Below, piece after piece: positions 58,019 through 64,000 of a DNA stretch of 64,000 nt. The position numbers and the translations under genes were made by a program. The stretch is from the human T2T-CHM13v2.0 reference genome, Homo sapiens. The notes under the pieces were generated by a model. It was given only the letters and a program-made list of their open reading frames with translations, had not been told where the DNA came from and searched no databases. Position 1 is the first letter of the stretch. Every line of letters starts with the position of its first letter. The stretch is from NCBI RefSeq assembly GCF_009914755.1, contig NC_060929.1. One strand, 5' to 3'.

Positions 58019-59077
58019 TAGTCTGACAATTTTTTTCTTTTTGGGGGAAAATCTGGTCTATTTCATTTTATGTATGTTTTAAAGTCCACTGTCTTGCTAT
58101 TTGTTTTATCTTGTATGTCTTTTGTTTCTCTTCTGTTGTTTCAACCAAGTAATGTTTAGTCTTCCATTTTATTTCTTGTACTGTTTTTTTAGCTATTCCT
58201 ATTGTAACTAATTTTTTATTGTTTGAACTAGGTATTAAAATGTGCGTTTTAACTTATCATTGGCTACCTAGAATGAATGTGGAACCACATAATTCTTCAC
58301 AAATAGAATATTTTCCCCATCTGTTTTCTTTTTATATATTTGACAAATAAAAGTTATATATATTTATTGTGTAGAACATGATATTTTGAAATAAGTATAC
58401 ATTGTGGAATAGCTAAATAGAGCTAATTAACATATGCATTACCTTACTTTTTTTGTATGTGGTGAGAAGACTTAAAATCTTCTCTCAATAATTTTCAAGA
58501 AGGAATCTTAAAACAGTGTCGTTCCATTTACAACTCCCCCTCCTTGCCATTTATGTTGTCATATATTTTACTTCTACCTGTTATATATGACACTAAGAAA
58601 TTGTTTATGCTTTAATAGTAATTTATCTTTAAAGGAAATTAATACTCATGCATTTCCTAGTTTCATTGCTCTTGATTTCTTCTTAAAGTTTCAAATTTCT
58701 ATCTGATATTATGTGATTTACTTCAGCTTAAAGGACTATTTTAAAAGCATTTCTTGTTGTGCAGGTCTGCTGGCAACTAATTCTTAGCTTCCCTTCATCC
58801 AAAAATGGCTTTTTTTCTCCCTGTTTTGAAGAATAATATTACTGGATGTAGAATTCTGAATTGATCAACACCTGTGGCAAAAAGAGGGGAAAAATAATTC
58901 TAGGTTGAAAGTTTTTATTCCCCCTTTCATTGCTTTGAAAATATCCTTCCATTTTCTTTTGGGCCTCCATTGTTTTTGATAAGAAGTTAGTTCTGCTGTA
59001 TGTCGTGTATTTTTTTCTCTCTCTGCTTTCAAGATTTTTCAAATTTTTGGATTTTAGCAGTTTGTGATATGCCTAGA

Positions 59078-59082
<5 letters not shown>

Positions 59083-59121
<39 letters not shown>
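59083..59121. repeat. (TG)n microsatellite
   Basis: Read directly. Confidence 0.95.
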
Positions 59122-59123
<2 letters not shown>

Positions 59124-60153
59124 ACCAAATTTGGGGAGTTTTTAGCTATTATTCGTTTTTTTTTTTTCCGCCCTCTTCTTTTTCTCTGGTTAAATAGGAC
59201 TCTAACAGCTATTTACTAGTGTTAAAGTCGTATCTTCTAATTCAAACATCAGGGTCATCTTGGAGTCTGTCTCCTGTGACAGCTTTGTTTCTTGACCATG
59301 GGTTACATTTGATGCTGCTTTACATGTTTGGTAATTTTTAGTTGTGTCATGGATATTGGAAATTCTGTGTTGTTGAGAGTCTGGCTTTTTGTCTTTTTGA
59401 GACTTGAGTTTTGTTCTGGAATGCAGTTAATGTGCTCAGAGCTACTCTGAATCCTATCTAGGTTTAGTTTTAGACTTCAGTTGGGACAGTCTAGAGTAGG
59501 CCTTATGTCGGGTATGGTCCTTACTTTTAAGAGTTTTTGTGGCCTCTGAGCTGAATGCCTGGGATATTAGTGAGGTTCTTCTGCTATGACTGAATAGGAA
59601 CTTTAGAGTCTCTCAGTTCTGTGCAGCTTCTAGTGTCTCCATTCTTCATTTAACACTGTAGTAACTATTTTCTGTTCGGTTTTTTTAGACTATTCCCTTG
59701 TACACATGTAGCCTAGCCTTCTGCCCTACCACCACCTTACCGCACCACTCCACTGCAAAACTCCTTCATTTTTGATACTGTGTACTACAAATTCCATTTA
59801 CTTCAACAGCTGCAAATTCTGATCTGTGATCACTGTGTGTTGCCTGAGCCTCACCTCTTTGTGCTGTGGTCAGGAAATTGCTCCTAGCCAGAGAGCTTGG
59901 ATGAAGGTGCGACTCACCTTTTGTGTTTTTTCTAAGGGATCACAGTCTGTGCTGCCTTTTATTTGATGCTTAAAAACAGGTGCTTCATATGTTTTGTCCA
60001 GCTTTCTACTTGTTTACAACAGGCAGAGATGTTCAGTATAGTTACTCTGTCATGGCTAGAAGCAGAGTAAACAGGAACTCAGTTTCATCTGCAAATAAGA
60101 ATATGGCAAATAAAACAAGAAACTTCATAAATAGATTGGGTGTTAGGACTAAT

Positions 60154-60611
60154 GGTGGAATCCTAATTAGGGAAAAGGAGTCAGGCTGGTGGGAGCAGGG
60201 GAGCATAAAAAGAAAAAACAGATAAACTGTAAGTCTGCCTTTCTTCACAGTCCAGGACACATAGCCCTCCTGTGCAAAAATCTCACAGTCCTCCTGTGCA
60301 AAAAACTCACAGTCTTCCTATACGCAACTTATCACCAGACCCTCTGCTAATAGAAAAGTGCAGGTTAGCTCACTGCAACCTTGGCGTTACCAGTACTGCA
60401 CATAGCCCTCTCCAGCACAAGAACGATCCTATAAAATCCCCACCAAGCCTTAGTCTCTTTTCAGTCAGCTCCTCTCTTGCTCATCTGCCCATTGCTTTCT
60501 TGCAAAGTGTTTTCCTACTTTTTCTAATAAGCCTGCCTTTCTTTACCAACTGTCTTGGTAAATTCCCTTATTGCCTACACCACCGGCCCCAGTTAGTCAC
60601 TACTTGTAACA
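60154..60611 (+). mobile_element. Solo ERV1 LTR (MER83/MER84-like; subfamily uncertain)
   Basis: GTGGAATCCTAATTAGGGAAAAGGAGTCAGGCTGG start, internal 24-nt repeat, TATAAAA at 60430, ends ..TAACA; flanks CTAAT/GTAAT. Confidence 0.8.
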
Positions 60612-61650
60612 GTAATTGTATATTTGGGGGTTGCTGAAAATTAATCAGAAAATACTGTCCGTTTCAACCCTTTTTATGGTTGCATTATATAATTAGAAAA
60701 TTTTTGTAATAGGAATAAGTATTTGATATCAATCCTTGTTTCTTCATTAGTGACTATATTTTGAATTTATAACTTCTTTAATAGCAACGAATGATAGCCC
60801 ACTCAATTTGTTCAAACAAAAGTAGGGAAATCCTGTAAAGGTGCAGAATTACCACAGAATTAAGGTACATTTGATCACTGCAATTCCCAGAGACTATGAA
60901 TGGGGCAGACTCTTCCAAAAGCCTTGAAAAATATTTTGAGCTTTAATGTTTTTATCTGCATGTTAGAAATTTAATACCTAATTTCTGCATCTGATAAGGT
61001 TGATGCCTGTCAACATTTCACAGTCTTGTGAAATTACATTTATGTTTTTAAGGCCCACGTTAAATGTTATATAAGAATTAATTGTTTTCTTTGAGGGGTG
61101 GGAAGAATGTTCTTGATATTGTCAGTTCTATGCTCCAATCCCATGTGTAATTATAAGGTAATACTTGAATAAATGAAAATCATATGATAATATATATTTA
61201 AAAAAGACTTTGAAAATTATTAAGTATATGAACATGGGGAATATATTTTTATTAAGGTATTTTATTTTTATAATTCATTCTCTTTCTACTTTTAAATTGA
61301 AAATCTTATGTTGACTTACTGGAATTTTTTGAGTACTTTTTGTCTAATTGAGGTAATTTTAAGTTGGGAGGTTTATATTAGTGAATGTATGTTGATTTAT
61401 GAAACAGTATAATTTTGTTCCTTTAATTTTTAAGAAGTAATTGAATCCCTGATATCTTTGTTTCGTATCTTTGTTATTAAGGTATATAAATAAAGGGTAG
61501 TGGTTAATTTAAAAGTATACTGTGGTTTGATTTCAATGGGCATCAATAGATAGCAGTAATTCTTGCCTAAGCTTTTGTTATGTTATCTAATTTCCCAGAC
61601 ATATATTTTAAAATTCTTAGTTGACTAATTTCCTTTTCTTAATATTCTAG

Positions 61651-62075
61651 CTCTCTATCAATATCAGCTCACATCATTGAAAAGATAATTTTGAAGACAT
61701 GTTTTGCTGAAAAGACACTAAGAAAAATTTTACGAATGGGATGAACATGCTCCAGTTAATTGACTACCTACTGCAATTTGAATGTTAACATTACCCATCT
61801 GGTACAGTTACCTAGTGATGTACCTATTTTCACAATACCCTGTTTCAGTGTGCTTGTCTTGATTAAAGAATTCAAAGTGGAGTACCGCAAACTTGATATG
61901 GAAAATAAAAAGAAAGACAAGGACAAATCAGATGATAGAATGGCACGACCTAGTGGTCGATCGGGACACAACACTCGAGGAACTGGGTCTTCATCGTCTG
62001 GAGTTTTAATGGTTGGACCTAACTTTAGAGTTGGAAAAAAAATTGGATGTGGCAATTTTGGAGAATTACGATTAG
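61651..62075 (+). other. CSNK1G3: CSNK1G3 exon 2 (425 nt: 247 nt 5'UTR plus first coding segment)
   Basis: Acceptor TTCTAG|CTC; donor TAG|GTAAGA at 62075/62076. Confidence 0.9.
61898..62075 (+). CDS. CSNK1G3: Casein kinase 1 gamma 3, first coding segment (59 codons + 1 nt; CDS continues beyond the window)
   Basis: [59 protein letters not shown]: CK1-gamma Gly-rich loop (IGCGNFG) with the gamma-3 N-terminus; strong Kozak gatATGg. Confidence 0.97.
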
Positions 62076-63600
62076 GTAAGACTATTTTGTTTATTCCATT
62101 ATGTTAGAAACATTTTAAAAATTGGAAGATACTTTTTAATGAAAATGATTTAGTTATTTAATTGTTTAGTTGTTTAATGGTTGTGGTAATTTTAAAGAAT
62201 AAAGATGTTGGAAATTTCTTTTGTAGTTGTATTTTCATGTGTAAGGAATTCCCTAGTATAGGAGTGTCTACTTTAGCCATCCAGAGATTGACTATCCAGA
62301 TTATGAGAAAACAAACAATTAAATTAAAATAGCCCAGTAGGCTGAAATAGCTGCCAGTAAAGCCTTTGCAATGTTCTTTAGGAATGATATTTAGGCCACT
62401 TTTTCAGATTCAAAAATGTTTAGTAATTGATAACTTTTGGGGCATAGGTATGGCTTAAAGTCAAGTTAATATACTGAAACTGCATACAATTAATGAAATT
62501 TACATCATTGTAATTTAATTTTTTCCTTTTACCCTTCCTTCTGCCCCAAGTATGTTTGGGGTGGGGCTCAGGAGTCTATATTCTTAACAAGGGGCTCAGA
62601 GTATTGATTCAGGTTATTATAATTAGGCAAGTTTGGGAAACACTGGTCTAATTAAGCTTCCTAACTCTATATTCAAGGCAATTGGAACTCAGTGAGGGAA
62701 AATGAATTGTCAGATGTTCACAACAATTGAATAACAAGCTCAGGATCAAAATCTAGGTATTTTAACTTCCAGTACAGTAGTGATGTAGCTTTTCCATTGC
62801 AAAAAACTAAGAAGGAGGGTGTTATGGTTATAATGGTTGTATAGAAGTCAGTATTCAGGTACCAGGAGGGCTCTGGTCAGTGGACCACCAAGAGTGAACT
62901 TTAGATGTAAAAAGAAAATCTGACTTCTCAATTTATTTTAGATTCAATCCTGCTGCTAGAAATAAATCCAATTTTATGTTTATGTATTCAACTACTTCTT
63001 CTTTTCATCTTGTGAAGTACCCTAATTTGTAGTGACTCATTCATCTTACTAGTTTTGGAAAGTTGATACACATTAAATATTTGAATGAAGCAAGCCAATA
63101 AAAGGCAATGATATAGTTTATACATACTTGTTACATGATGTGACTGGCAGACTCAAATTTAGTAGGGACTCAAATATTTGAAAGGGTGAATGTTTTATGT
63201 TTTATTATTTGAAGGGTATTGAATTAGATACTATGAAATTCTTAAATTGTTTCAGACTTTGGAGTTAGAGAAAACATTATTTACGTGTTTATAATCTGTT
63301 ATTATTGTGTATAATTCTCACCAACATCCATCCAGTACTTATTACATATTTATCATGTACCAGGCATGATTAGACATTGATAATATGCTGGTAAAATATA
63401 AAAATAGTGCCTTATGGAACAGATAAGTCATTTAACCACTCAGGGCTTCACGTTTTTCTTTATATCAGGATTATTACCACTTCCTAGGTTATTGTGAGGA
63501 TTAAATTTAGATGATACTGTAAAAAGACCAACACTATACTTGCATATACTTTGGCCATTTTTATTCAGAATCTGATTCATATAATTTATTTCAAAATAAC

Positions 63601-63711
63601 TACACACACACACAGATACATATGTATTTGTGTGAATACACACACATATATACACACACGGCACATGTATATAGGTATGTGTCTGTGTGTGTGTGTGTGT
63701 ATTCACACAAA
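63601..63711. repeat. Compound (CA)n/(TG)n repeat containing a perfect 20-bp inverted repeat
   Basis: 63627-63646 is the exact reverse complement of 63692-63711. Confidence 0.9.
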
Positions 63712-64000
63712 GCTAGTTGACCATTTTAACAAGGGCAATACGAGAAATATGAGAAACTGTATGTACCATATACTGAAGCTATATATGTCATATACTGAAA
63801 AAGAGGTAAAGCACCCCTTTCTTTTGTAGTCTGTGAATAAGCAGGAATAGGAGTATCGTGGCTTCTTAGTACATCTGTCTGTCTATTCTATCTATCTAAT
63901 TTGTGTATGGGTCTTTGATGTGTGTATATATATATCTGTGTATGTTTATTTAAATTTATTTAAATGTATTATCTCTATATATCTGTGTTTTATGTATACT

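Noticed and set aside
62076-62107. C-terminal 'KTILFIPLC' of the 61760-62107 ORF
   Set aside because: Read-through past the consensus donor TAG|GTAAGA into intron 2

Overview
Primate (human-like) genomic DNA, AT-rich and dense in Alu, L1, MIR, MaLR/ERV1 LTR and DNA-transposon relics. It contains the 5' part of CSNK1G3 (casein kinase 1 gamma 3) on the + strand. The CpG-island promoter (~28.2-29.2 kb) carries two CCAAT boxes and ETS motifs. A non-coding exon 1 ends at 28802, followed by a 32,848-nt intron 1 and exon 2 (61651-62075), which holds the start codon (61898) and the first 59 codons including the kinase Gly-rich loop. A Y3 RNA retropseudogene lies 1.6 kb upstream on the - strand. The first ~28 kb look intergenic. 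Nearly all other ORFs in the supplied track are repeat- or GC-derived artefacts. I found no novel protein-coding system. The best leads are RNA-level: a dense uORF array with an Arg/Cys-rich uORF, a possible non-AUG N-terminal extension, a recursive-splice-type AG|GT site, a sense ERV1 LTR with TATA/Inr/splice donor just upstream of exon 2, circRNA junction peptides, inverted Alu clusters and several fold-back or templated micro-rearrangements. Repeat subfamily names are from recognition, not a database search, and TE boundaries are approximate.
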